Assembly: GCA_030599585.1 (NCBI GenBank)
Contig: JAUVNS010000003.1
Coordinates: 288,001 to 352,000, forward strand
From: Promethearchaeota archaeon
Lineage (GTDB): Archaea; Asgardarchaeota; Lokiarchaeia; Sigyniarchaeales; SOKP01
Reading direction: 5' to 3'
DNA length: 64,000 nt
Part shown: in pieces, positions 1-10,235 of the stretch
Layout: every line of letters begins with the position of its first letter
Position numbering within the stretch: position 1 is the first letter of the stretch
The notes under the pieces: model-generated
Database searches by the model: none
What the model saw: the letters and a program-made list of their open reading frames with translations, nothing else
What the model was told of the DNA's origin: nothing
Translations under genes and position numbers: made by a program

Positions 1-2172
1 AATTTGAATGGGGTTATTTGTTTTTATGGATTCAATTGTTTTAAATACAATATCCATTGATTTCATAGCGTCGTCTATTCCTACCAAAGCGTCTTCAAAA
101 CCTAAATTCGTCTGAATAATATTTTCTAACTCGTTCTTATGACCTTTATCCTGCTTACTTAAAAGTAAATTTCCAAAATCAAAACCACTTGTATTTAATC
201 TTATAAAATCGTCAACAATAATTGCTGAATCTCCTGAATAAATTTCTATGCGCTCTTTTGACATTTTTGGACCATTTAAATCTGTATAAATCAAATTCGC
301 TATAGAGCCATTTTCGAATTTCAGCATAACCACACAACTATCAAAAACTGTTGTATTTTTATGACTCATAGCCCCTCCACGAGCAATTACCTCAATTGGG
401 TTAGAATTCATTAAATATAATACCAAATCAATAAAATGACAAAATTCACCAATGATTGGCCCCCCTCCTACTTTGGGGTCAAAGACCCAGTGACTTCCTG
501 GTATGAATTGACTTGAAATTCGATAGTTGATTATGATTGGATTCGAAATATTATGCAATAAATCCTTTGTTATTTTAATTAATGGACTGTATCTTCTATT
601 AAAGCCAATAGAATAATTCTTTTTGGAACTTTTCACTATATCGTATACTCCTTGACACTCTTCAAGCGTTAAACCCATTGGTTTTTCAACAAAGACATTT
701 TTTCCCGATTTAATAGCTTCAATTGTGAATTTTGCATGTGAATCATGTCTTGTATAGATGAAAACGGTGTCAATATCAGGGTCCTTCAAAATTTTCTTGT
801 AATTTGTTGTTGTATATTCCGGTTTATATGTTTGTTTACAAAAATCTGCAGTTTTTTGGGAATTCGTGGAGATTGCCTTTATTTTACAATATGGATTGGA
901 CAAAATAATGGGAAGATGAGCTCCTTGAGCAAAAGAACCGCATCCAATTAACCCAATTTGCGACTTTTTACGAATTTCTTTATGTCGCCCTTCTTTTTGA
1001 GTTATTATTTGTGGAGTTTCTTCTTTTTCAAATTTTAATAAAATGGCAATGTTTTCTGTTGGATTCATTTCTAATTTCTTATAAGCATCATTAGCATTCT
1101 CTGCGGGAATAATTTCTGATATTAAAGATTTTACATCTATTTTTTTTTCTGATAGAAGTGTTAAAAAGTATTCCATATTACGTTGTTCTGTCCAGGGGAT
1201 GTAATTCTTGGGGTAATCAAATCCTTCGTATTCGTAAGATTCATCATATCGTCCTGGGCCATAGGACCGTGAGATTAATAAATCAGTTTCTTTATAATAT
1301 AATTTATTACGATCAACGTTTATCGGGAAAGCTCCCAACATAACGATTTTACCCTTATCGCGGATTAATTCAGCAGCGTCTTCCAGTGGTTTATTAGTTT
1401 TTGATGAGGCACATATAATAATGGAATCTAAACCCTTACCATTTGTCTTTCTATCAACTACTAATTTTGAGTTATGATAGTTAGGATTGATTATAATATC
1501 AGCTCCTAATTTTTTTGCTAAATTTAATCGGTTATTCATTAAGTCAAACGCAAATACTTTCGCACCTGCAGCTTTCGCTAATTCAACAGTAATCAACCCT
1601 ATTAAACCAGTTCCAATTATTCCAACATTTTCACCTTGTCTAATGCTAGCTCGGTGAACTCCATGTAAAGCTATTGCACCCAAAGTAGTGAAAGCGGCTT
1701 CTTCAAGACTAACATTATCTGGTATTTTTACCGTTAAATTTTTAGGAGAAAATATTTTTTCAGCGTGATAGGAGCCAGCACAAGCTACTCTATTATTTAT
1801 TTGAAGGTTTTCTATATTTGATTCTCCAACAATTCCAGAACAACTGTAACCTATTGATGTTGAACTATTAGATGTTCTAGAATAATTTTTAAAAGAGCTC
1901 CTCTCTTTGTAGATTTTAAATAATTTAAATACGTTTTTTATCGTATTCTTTTTTAATTCCGCAAAAATTCGCTTTCGAATATATTTCGATTTAATAATCT
2001 GTTTATATATTGGTAAATTCATTAATCTATTCCATTTAATTGTAGATAACTCTGTTCCAGAACTTATTAGAGCAAAACTAGTATGAACTATTGCCCCTCT
2101 GGTTTCAATTTGGGGCTCTCGTGCTTCTTGTAAAGTTACTTGGCCATTTTTACTAATTCCCAATTTTTTCAT
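1..2172 (-). CDS. Bi-domain oxidoreductase (Zn-binding/MDR dehydrogenase + Gfo/Idh/MocA), stop codon beyond the window edge
   Basis: Not in the ORF track. Manual translation from ATG at 2172 gives MKKLGISKNG...ALISSGTE...GYSCSG...GIIGTGLIG...SRSYGPGRYD...GLIGCGSFA...FVEKPMG...GFNRRYSP...GEFCHFIDL...ESIKTNNPIQI, open to position 1 (724 codons). Confidence 0.9.
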   Translation of the reverse strand, partial: MKKLGISKNGQVTLQEAREPQIETRGAIVHTSFALISSGTELSTIKWNRLMNLPIYKQIIKSKYIRKRIFAELKKNTIKNVFKLFKIYKERSSFKNYSRTSNSSTSIGYSCSGIVGESNIENLQINNRVACAGSYHAEKIFSPKNLTVKIPDNVSLEEAAFTTLGAIALHGVHRASIRQGENVGIIGTGLIGLITVELAKAAGAKVFAFDLMNNRLNLAKKLGADIIINPNYHNSKLVVDRKTNGKGLDSIIICASSKTNKPLEDAAELIRDKGKIVMLGAFPINVDRNKLYYKETDLLISRSYGPGRYDESYEYEGFDYPKNYIPWTEQRNMEYFLTLLSEKKIDVKSLISEIIPAENANDAYKKLEMNPTENIAILLKFEKEETPQIITQKEGRHKEIRKKSQIGLIGCGSFAQGAHLPIILSNPYCKIKAISTNSQKTADFCKQTYKPEYTTTNYKKILKDPDIDTVFIYTRHDSHAKFTIEAIKSGKNVFVEKPMGLTLEECQGVYDIVKSSKKNYSIGFNRRYSPLIKITKDLLHNISNPIIINYRISSQFIPGSHWVFDPKVGGGPIIGEFCHFIDLVLYLMNSNPIEVIARGGAMSHKNTTVFDSCVVMLKFENGSIANLIYTDLNGPKMSKERIEIYSGDSAIIVDDFIRLNTSGFDFGNLLLSKQDKGHKNELENIIQTNLGFEDALVGIDDAMKSMDIVFKTIESIKTNNPIQI

Positions 2173-2258
2173 TTTTTTATTGACTTAAAAGTAGTTAGTA
2201 TATTTCTGATGCTTTATTATGTAATAAAATATATTGTAAAAAAAAAATTTTAGTAAAA

Positions 2259-4316
2259 TTAATTGTTTGAGCTATTTTGAAATCTTATTGGTTTTATTTT
2301 AGAGATAATTTGAATTTTATTTTTTTCCTTAAAAGAATGCTTTAAATGAATAACCAATGCAGTATTTTCGTATTTATGACCATACGCTGGAGAATAGTAT
2401 GATTTTTGAATACTCATACTAAATTGTTTATTTGATTTCACAGTAAATAATAATTCATCATCAATTTGCACTGAACTTTTTTCAATTTTTATATTAATAT
2501 CTTTATCAAAATGAAAGTATAGATCAATGTTATATGGGTCTTCATCGAATTTGTTATTGCTTTGAAATACGGTGTCTTTAATTATTATCTTATCAAGGTT
2601 TTTGTTTGTCATGATCTGTCTATTAACTAAAAATCCCTGATAACCATTATGTACGCAACTCAATTCAATCTCAGAGTTTTTTAAATTCACATTTCTCTTT
2701 GTTTTTGGTTTCTTCTCCCAACTAAACCAACCTATTGATTGAGCTTGGTTTTTATTGTTAATGGATAAAATATTGTGCGCCTTACTGCTTCGGAAATACT
2801 TTCTCTCTTTCCACGATCTATTGTAGGAATAATTTCCAGAATCAATAATAATATTCTTTCCATTATAAGAAAAGATAATATTAGTAATGTCACTATGAGA
2901 GTGAGCCGCACCTAATGGACCAAATCTTCCAAAATCTACAAATAAGTAAGATGCTTTTTCTGTCCAATTATTTCTTATAATAAAATATCCTGATTTATCA
3001 AAATATTCAAAATTTTTGGTGGGTTCAATTGATTCTAATTCATTAAATGTCTTAATTCCTTTTTCACCAAATAATAAGATTGAAACTGGGGATATTTTTT
3101 TTGTTATGAATTTCAACTCTTCTTTTCTAAATAAGATAGCACCCATATTTAACAAATCAAAAAACTTGTATTCTTCAAAATTGGTAAGGAGTAAAACTTT
3201 CCCATCATCAACATCCCCAATTAATGGAAATTGAGAATCTGGTTTGATGCTATGAAGTAAATAATCAAACATTTTTTCAATTATAATCCCTTCTGATTCA
3301 TTAATAAGGTTAGGATTTAAAAAAGCAAAAAGAGAAAAAAATTCCAATACAAACTTATGATAATTAACTGATTGCTCTATACCAACGCCATCGGGTCTTA
3401 TTTGTAAGATTATCTGTTTTTTTAATTTTTTAAAGAATTTTTTTTCCCATCTTTTTATTTGTTTAATCTCTTCGAATACTTTAGAAAATAAATAAACACC
3501 AAATAGCTCCCCAATAGTATGATTCAATGAACGCTTTGTATAGAAATATCTAAGATAGTAGGCATGTTGAAACAGAACTTTAAAAATTTTTGAAAAGAAG
3601 TGGTTATTGTTAATTTCTTTTGAATCACCGAAGAAATAGAGCGTGAAAATCCACGAAATTAACCTTATTGATATCTCTAATCCTGAAACCCAATTTATTC
3701 CACATAAAGGAGGATTTTTTTCTATCCAATCAAGAATTAATTTTTTAAATTCTATTGCATATTTCTCATCCTTAGTTATAAAATAAGCAAATCCTAAATA
3801 TGGAAGAAATTGATGACGATTTAACTCCCAAACATATTTTACATCAACAAAATGACTTTTATATTTTGGTCTAATATCTATTTTGTCTGAGTTTTCAAGT
3901 TTCCACCTGAAATCATCGAAGAAGCTATAATGCCAATCAATTTTGTCTTTAAACCTATAATTTTTTTCAAAAATAATAAATTCTTTTGAAATAACATGAT
4001 TTGCGAGTTTTATATATTTGTTTATTGAATTTAAATGATTTTGGTTTAATTCTTCAATTATTTTTGACTTCTCTTTACTATTTGAATAACCAAATATCTC
4101 GTTATTAAAAAAAACTCTTCTAAATTCATCAAAATCTAGATTCTTTCCCAATTTTTTTTTAAAAATATCATCTGACTTACCAGAATTTCTTAAATATAAT
4201 CGATTTTTACTAAGAAAGATGAATTTTAACTTCTTTTCGAATAGGGGGTAATAATAATTGATTATATTGAGATAAGAAACTTTTTTTAAAGATTTAAGTA
4301 CTTTTTGATAATTCAT
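2259..4316 (-). CDS. Heparinase II/III-like (alginate lyase-fold) protein
   Basis: Motifs WELNRHQF, NH, EQSVNYH, IGDVDDG, HSHSD, DSGNYSY, FRSSKAHN. Confidence 0.85.
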   Translation of the reverse strand: MNYQKVLKSLKKVSYLNIINYYYPLFEKKLKFIFLSKNRLYLRNSGKSDDIFKKKLGKNLDFDEFRRVFFNNEIFGYSNSKEKSKIIEELNQNHLNSINKYIKLANHVISKEFIIFEKNYRFKDKIDWHYSFFDDFRWKLENSDKIDIRPKYKSHFVDVKYVWELNRHQFLPYLGFAYFITKDEKYAIEFKKLILDWIEKNPPLCGINWVSGLEISIRLISWIFTLYFFGDSKEINNNHFFSKIFKVLFQHAYYLRYFYTKRSLNHTIGELFGVYLFSKVFEEIKQIKRWEKKFFKKLKKQIILQIRPDGVGIEQSVNYHKFVLEFFSLFAFLNPNLINESEGIIIEKMFDYLLHSIKPDSQFPLIGDVDDGKVLLLTNFEEYKFFDLLNMGAILFRKEELKFITKKISPVSILLFGEKGIKTFNELESIEPTKNFEYFDKSGYFIIRNNWTEKASYLFVDFGRFGPLGAAHSHSDITNIIFSYNGKNIIIDSGNYSYNRSWKERKYFRSSKAHNILSINNKNQAQSIGWFSWEKKPKTKRNVNLKNSEIELSCVHNGYQGFLVNRQIMTNKNLDKIIIKDTVFQSNNKFDEDPYNIDLYFHFDKDINIKIEKSSVQIDDELLFTVKSNKQFSMSIQKSYYSPAYGHKYENTALVIHLKHSFKEKNKIQIISKIKPIRFQNSSNN

Positions 4317-4441
4317 TTGCCAAAAGAAAATTTAAGTTGATTATAATAATATTTTTTAAAATTTTATTATTTCTCTTATTATTATTCTTTACCATAATAA
4401 AGATTTTAAATATATAAAATTAAAAACTGATTAAAAATTGA

Positions 4442-5704
4442 ATGTATTTGTCAATGACTAAAGAAATATTATATCTGTCGTACCATTTTCCCCCTTATAG
4501 CAACATCCTTAGTAATAGAGCTACAGAATTCTCCAAAAGATTAATAAAATCGGGGTATAAAATCTTTGTTGTAAGTGCAAAAAATAATAAAAATGCTCCA
4601 ATCGATAAAGAACTCTTAAAAGCTGTTGACTCACCGCTCATTCAAAAAACCCAAGTCTATAATTTAAGTTTTTCTTCGAGCGGTATGGCTTCAAGTATTA
4701 AAAAAATATCAATTTTGAAGGAGTTGTTTAATGTCTTTCTTTTTTTTCACTGGTTGCCGTTAAGTTTCGTTAAAAGCTGCCAAATTATAAGAAAGAATAA
4801 TATTAAAATAATCTATACATCTGCTCCTCCCTTTTTTTCGTTAGCATTAGGGTACCTGCTAAAAAAAATCTTTAAAATTCCGCTTATAACTGAATACAGA
4901 GATCCTTGGTCAGATAATCCATATTTCTTAGGAAATGTTTCCGAATTTACAAAAAAGAATTACGAGAAAATTGACAAGAAGGTATTGAAAACCTCTGACG
5001 CAATTATCGCTATAAGTGAAGGGTTAAAAGAATATCTAATTCAATCTTTTCCTTCAATCATACAAGAAGAAAAGGTTTTTGTTTTACCAAACGGATTAGA
5101 AATGAGTTCTTATTCAAAATCTAATGACAAAATCCTTCCAATTAACAAATTAATTCTGACATTTACAGGAAAACTGTATGGTCTAAGGGATATCAAGCCG
5201 CTTATAAAAATTGTATCCTCTGTCAAAGACTTAGGAAAATTAAAAGGAGTTTCCTTAGAAATAAACATATATGGAAGATACAATTTAGAATACTTATCAA
5301 ATTTAATTCAAAAATATAATGTTTCTGAGTATTTTAGTTTAAACGGATTTATTCCGCGTGATGAATGTCTAAAAAAAATATCGGAATCAACTCTTACATT
5401 ACATATTGGAGAAAACTTCGACTATCCAACAATTAGTTTTAAGGTTTGGGATTACCTAAGCATGAGAAAAAAAATTGTATATTTAGGCAGGGTGGATTCT
5501 TTTACAGCTAGATTTCTAAAAGAATATAATTTAGGTTTCACAATTTCGGTTAATGATCACGAAGCAGGTGTCATGAAATTCATTTCTCTAATTGATAGAT
5601 TGGCATCTAACCAAATTAACTTGGAAATCGATCCAAAGCAGCTATCAAACTATACTTGGGACAATTTGACGCCTAAGTTAATAGATATTTTTAACAAGTT
5701 TTGA
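4442..5704 (+). CDS. Glycosyltransferase, GT4-like
   Basis: SYHFPP, YTSAPPF, EYRDPW, PNG, KVWDYL pattern of GT-B enzymes. Confidence 0.8.
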   Translation: MYLSMTKEILYLSYHFPPYSNILSNRATEFSKRLIKSGYKIFVVSAKNNKNAPIDKELLKAVDSPLIQKTQVYNLSFSSSGMASSIKKISILKELFNVFLFFHWLPLSFVKSCQIIRKNNIKIIYTSAPPFFSLALGYLLKKIFKIPLITEYRDPWSDNPYFLGNVSEFTKKNYEKIDKKVLKTSDAIIAISEGLKEYLIQSFPSIIQEEKVFVLPNGLEMSSYSKSNDKILPINKLILTFTGKLYGLRDIKPLIKIVSSVKDLGKLKGVSLEINIYGRYNLEYLSNLIQKYNVSEYFSLNGFIPRDECLKKISESTLTLHIGENFDYPTISFKVWDYLSMRKKIVYLGRVDSFTARFLKEYNLGFTISVNDHEAGVMKFISLIDRLASNQINLEIDPKQLSNYTWDNLTPKLIDIFNKF

Positions 5705-5798
5705 TTAAAATAAAAAAAAAGATAATAATATTCTCTCAAGTTAAATTCATTTTTTTATAAATATTCTCCTTTCTCTGGAAGGGCATTCCACATAGTAA

Positions 5799-5893
5799 TC
5801 ATAACAAGACACTTCAGCAAAGTGGAGAACATGTGCTTCTTAACCGAAGGATACATATAACGAAGCACATGTACATGAAGCGGCGCGAATTAC
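5799..5893. other. GC-elevated intergenic hairpin (perfect 11-bp inverted repeat) of unknown function
   Basis: ACATGTGCTTC (5829-5839) / GAAGCACATGT (5862-5872), with outer CTTCA/TGAAG pairing, between convergent genes. Confidence 0.4.
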
Positions 5894-6105
5894 ACACAAC
5901 CTGGTGTCGTATGATTTTTTTCAAAAAAGAATATCTTTCGAGTTGAAGATTCAAATCATACTCAGCTATTTTCAGTTCTTCAATTAAATTTAAAGTATAT
6001 TTTATCGCTTTTTAACTCAACGGGAGATTTAAAAGAGCCAAATTTATATTAAAAAATGGAATTGACCATCTTAAAAATAAACGGCAAGATCAATAATATT
6101 TGAAT

Positions 6106-7749
6106 TTAATCCTTGAGAAGTTTCTTTAAAAAATTAAGCACCATATTTGTTACTTTAAACAATCTCTTTTCAGATATGAAAAATGACTGCAAATAGTTAA
6201 TATCACTAGTTGTAAGGAGCTTAAACTTAATTATAATAAACATAAAAACAAGAAGAAAAGTTAAAAGACTAAAGATGTTGAAATGTTGAGTATAAAATAA
6301 TCCACCAAAAAGCAATTCATTTATCAAATCCAGTATAAAAAATTCTAAAACTATTGTAATTATTAAAGAGATGAAAAAAGCAATGTATTGAAATATTATT
6401 TTTTTCAAATCTAGTTTGATTTTGCCAACTTTAATTGTTATTATCAAATATATGGCGCTATAAATCGAATTACTTATAATAATGCCTGTTATTGCGTAAA
6501 TTAAATCAAAATAGATCAATAAAAAGAGATATAGCGGTACTCTTATAAGTAATCCAATTATTTTAATGTAAATTAGGAATTTCGTCTTGTATTCTGCTAA
6601 CAGTAAGGAATCAAAGGGACTTGCTAGTATCAGAAAAATGAAAGTAAAAAGATACAATTTAACAATGCCAGAATAAATAACTCTTGATTCGCCATAAATC
6701 AATACAATAAAAAGATCCGTACAGAAGAATAAAATGCCGGTAATTAATGCTATTAAAAAAATCAGATATTTTATTAACAAATCATAAATTGCTACTATAT
6801 TATCCTTTTCATTTTTAGCTATGAAACCTGAAAATGACACCGTCAAGGGATACGAAACTGCAATAGCTGTATTTGATGAAACAGAAAGTAAATCTCGCGA
6901 TATTTTAAATCCTAATACCATTTGTGGGGCAAAAACTCCAATCGATTGGATTTGAATTTCGCCCCAAATATCTTTAAAAAATGTAGCAGTTCTTACTTGA
7001 CCTCCATATTTAACCATTTCTTTTACGTCATGTTTAAAAGTTTGTGTACTTTGATTGTCTGTTTTAAGTTTCCTTATATGAAAGATGACAAACATAATAT
7101 TAAGTATAAAAGGAATCAAAGTAGCTAAAACATAAATAACGCATAATGTATTAAGCTCAATAGAATTGAAAGCAAGGAAATAGAATAATAAAAATCCAAT
7201 ATAAATTGAATATTGGATAATTACCACTAAAAAAGCCCATTTAAACTTATTAAATCCCATATTTATTCCGTTTAGAATGGACTGTATATTGTTTATGATG
7301 ATTAATGGAGATAACAATACAAGAATACCCAATATGTTTACAGGTAAATTAATAGCGAAGATTTCTGAAAATAACACAAAAATTATAGAGCTAATAATAA
7401 ATATAATTATCACAAATATGGTTTTAACCAGAAGAGAACGCAAAATAAACCTTTTTAATTCATTCTTCTTCTGTAATGAGAGATATCGTGGAATGAAATA
7501 ACTTAGAGTTTCTCTTAAACTTGGGGGAAGGAAATTTAAGATAATACTTATAATCTGAATGTAGGATATAGCTATAGCGAAATAACTCCAATTCACATCG
7601 TCTATTATTCTTGCTAATAGAATTGTACTTACTAATGAAAAAATGAATGTTCCATAGGTTTTTAAAAAAGAATAAACTGAATTCCTAAACAATATACCGT
7701 AATTAACAATGGTTGGGGATTCAGAATTATTTTTATTCATGTTTAACAA
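6106..7749 (-). CDS. Oligosaccharide flippase (Wzx/MATE-like)
   Basis: About 14 hydrophobic segments, N-terminal NS..SF...ILLARI pattern, glycosyltransferase context. Confidence 0.8.
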   Translation of the reverse strand: MLNMNKNNSESPTIVNYGILFRNSVYSFLKTYGTFIFSLVSTILLARIIDDVNWSYFAIAISYIQIISIILNFLPPSLRETLSYFIPRYLSLQKKNELKRFILRSLLVKTIFVIIIFIISSIIFVLFSEIFAINLPVNILGILVLLSPLIIINNIQSILNGINMGFNKFKWAFLVVIIQYSIYIGFLLFYFLAFNSIELNTLCVIYVLATLIPFILNIMFVIFHIRKLKTDNQSTQTFKHDVKEMVKYGGQVRTATFFKDIWGEIQIQSIGVFAPQMVLGFKISRDLLSVSSNTAIAVSYPLTVSFSGFIAKNEKDNIVAIYDLLIKYLIFLIALITGILFFCTDLFIVLIYGESRVIYSGIVKLYLFTFIFLILASPFDSLLLAEYKTKFLIYIKIIGLLIRVPLYLFLLIYFDLIYAITGIIISNSIYSAIYLIITIKVGKIKLDLKKIIFQYIAFFISLIITIVLEFFILDLINELLFGGLFYTQHFNIFSLLTFLLVFMFIIIKFKLLTTSDINYLQSFFISEKRLFKVTNMVLNFLKKLLKD

Positions 7750-7794
7750 AACAAATTTATTATTTTAATTAGGTATATTTCATCTTCAAACTGA

Positions 7795-8970
7795 CTAAAT
7801 TGGATGTCTTTCTTGGTAAATTTTAATTATATCAGTAACAATCTTTTCCCAAGAATAAATGTTTCGCGCTTTTTTAACATTATTTTCTTGAATTTGAATT
7901 TTATTACTATGAGGTAAATTCAAAGCTTTCAATAATTTTAGACTCAGCTCTTCGATATTTTTTGGTTCGAATAAATAACCATTTTCATTTTCTATTATCA
8001 CTTCTGGTATTCCTCCCGTTTTCGAGGCAACAATGATAAGGCCGATTGAAAGTGCTTCAACTATTGAAAGAGGTAAACCTTCATGTATAGACGGTAAGCA
8101 TAAAATATTTGCTGATGAATAAAAGTCAGGCATTTCCTCTATTGGAATCATATTTAGAAATATAACATGATTTTCAATCGATAGGGATTTTACTAATTTT
8201 TTTAAATAATCTTCTAATCGACCATTACCCAATATAAAAAAACGCACTTTTGGGAAATTATCAATCACATTAGGAACAGATCGAATTAAGTATTCGACCC
8301 CTTTTTGAAGATCTAGACGACCTACAAATATAACTTTTTTGTTCTCGTTCTCTTCCTTTAAAAACTTATTAAGATAAGAAGATTTCTTTTTTTTAAATTT
8401 ATCAATATCAACACCGTTAGGAACAGTGATTAAAGTTTGCAAGGGAACTCGATATCTTATCAACCTTCTTTTCAAGGACGTACTAACACACATAATTTTA
8501 CTAAGCTTAGAGTAAATAAAATATGTAACGATGGCATCAAAGATATTTTCTATCAAACCTGTTAACCCAAATTCTAACCTTCCTTGGATTGATATATACA
8601 TTTTTTTCTTAAAGATCAGAATATTAAGGAAAGCAGATATGAAAGATATTGGAAAAAATCTACCCTCAATATGAATTATTTGAATTTCATGTTTACGGAT
8701 AATTTTCTTTAATTTTACTATCGCTTTTAATGGAATTCCTAAACTTGCTGATTGAGGAAAACCCTTTAGCTCAACTAAATTATAAGATCTATAACGATAG
8801 ATATGAAAACCCTCTAACTTCTCATAGTTAATTTGAGTCCTAAAAACCTTACTCGTTACAACAGTAACTTCGTGTCCTTTTTCTGTTAGTTTTTTTGCGA
8901 TGTTATAGGTTGCAGTTTCAATACCTCCTTTATGTGGAGGGAAAAAATGAGAAATCAAAAGGATATTCAT
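7795..8970 (-). CDS. Glycosyltransferase family 4
   Basis: FPPHKGGIE, PNGVD, FVGRL..QKG, PSIHEGLPLSIVEA. Confidence 0.9.
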   Translation of the reverse strand: MNILLISHFFPPHKGGIETATYNIAKKLTEKGHEVTVVTSKVFRTQINYEKLEGFHIYRYRSYNLVELKGFPQSASLGIPLKAIVKLKKIIRKHEIQIIHIEGRFFPISFISAFLNILIFKKKMYISIQGRLEFGLTGLIENIFDAIVTYFIYSKLSKIMCVSTSLKRRLIRYRVPLQTLITVPNGVDIDKFKKKKSSYLNKFLKEENENKKVIFVGRLDLQKGVEYLIRSVPNVIDNFPKVRFFILGNGRLEDYLKKLVKSLSIENHVIFLNMIPIEEMPDFYSSANILCLPSIHEGLPLSIVEALSIGLIIVASKTGGIPEVIIENENGYLFEPKNIEELSLKLLKALNLPHSNKIQIQENNVKKARNIYSWEKIVTDIIKIYQERHPI

Positions 8971-9081
8971 GGTAATTCAGTCGGTTTGATATTTCTATAA
9001 GTTAGATATTGATATAATTCATTATAATATAAAACATATTAATCTGTAATATGATTTAATTATAAGTAAGAAGAAATCTAC

Positions 9082-10215
9082 GTGTCAAAATTGGAAAATA
9101 AAATTCGAATTCTCTACATAATAACTGGTTTAACTCCGGGAGGTGCTGAGTTACACCTTTCTAAAATTATAAATAATCTAAGTTTAAATGAATTCGAGAC
9201 TGTCGTGTGTAGTCTTACACTGACTAATGACATCCTGCAGAATATAAAAGATACCGCGAGTTCAGTTTACCTTCTCGATGGAAGAAAAAAGAGTCACTTT
9301 ATTAAGATAATTCTAAAAGTGAGAAAGCTGATTAAAATAGTGAATCCGGATATAATACATTGTATAATGTTTCACTCTAATATAGTTGGGAGAATAGCAG
9401 CTTTCGGGTTGAAAAAAGTAATCATATCCTCAATTAGAACGAAACTTATACCCAACAAATTAGGTAATCTCTTCGATTTTATTAGCCAACCTTTAGTACA
9501 TTATTATTTTGTTAATTCTAATGCAGTGGGTAAATTTATATCTCGATATGGGATCAGAAAAACAAAAATTAATGTCATTGAAAATGGAATTAATTTTAAT
9601 GTTTTTTTCCCTACAAAAAGCAAGGAATCCATAAGAAGAGAATTAGGCCTTCCACACCATCCCATTTTGTCCACAGTAGCTAATTTTAAAGCGCAAAAAG
9701 ATTATCCAACAATAATTAAAGCTATAAATTTACTAAAAAATGAAACAGAGTTTACATACTTAATCATTGGAAAAGGGTTAAGATTTGAAGATCAAGGACA
9801 TAGAATCAAGCAATTAGTAAAACATTATAATCTTAATAATGTTATATTTTTAGGATATAGAGATGACATCGCTAATTTACTGTCAATAACTGATATATGG
9901 GTTAGCTCATCAATATATGAGGGCCAATCTAACAGTCTTTTAGAAGCAATGGCTATGAAATTACCTATCATTACTACTGATATCGAAGAGAATAGGGAAA
10001 TTGTACGCCATAATAAAGAAGCAATATTAGTGCCAATCAGTTCACCTCATTTGCTTGCACAATCCATCAACTTATTATTAGAAGATAACCAACTTGCTAA
10101 ATCTATAGCCGAAAATGCTTATTTACGAGTTAAAAAGAAATATAACCAGAAAGATAAAATAACTAAATTAAAGAACGCCTATTACCACATTTATAGTCAA
10201 ATAAAACCATCGTAA
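9082..10215 (+). CDS. Glycosyltransferase family 4
   Basis: GGAE, ENGI, QKDY, EGQSNSLLEAMA. Confidence 0.9.
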   Translation: MSKLENKIRILYIITGLTPGGAELHLSKIINNLSLNEFETVVCSLTLTNDILQNIKDTASSVYLLDGRKKSHFIKIILKVRKLIKIVNPDIIHCIMFHSNIVGRIAAFGLKKVIISSIRTKLIPNKLGNLFDFISQPLVHYYFVNSNAVGKFISRYGIRKTKINVIENGINFNVFFPTKSKESIRRELGLPHHPILSTVANFKAQKDYPTIIKAINLLKNETEFTYLIIGKGLRFEDQGHRIKQLVKHYNLNNVIFLGYRDDIANLLSITDIWVSSSIYEGQSNSLLEAMAMKLPIITTDIEENREIVRHNKEAILVPISSPHLLAQSINLLLEDNQLAKSIAENAYLRVKKKYNQKDKITKLKNAYYHIYSQIKPS

Positions 10216-10235
10216 TTTTAAGAGGATCTAAGGTC

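Noticed and set aside
5702-5900. Selenocysteine read-through at the TGA ending the GT4 gene, with the downstream hairpin as SECIS
   Set aside because: An in-frame TAA follows two codons later, the GT is already full length, and the hairpin lacks a convincing AUGA/GA core. No gene here appeared split by an in-frame TGA.
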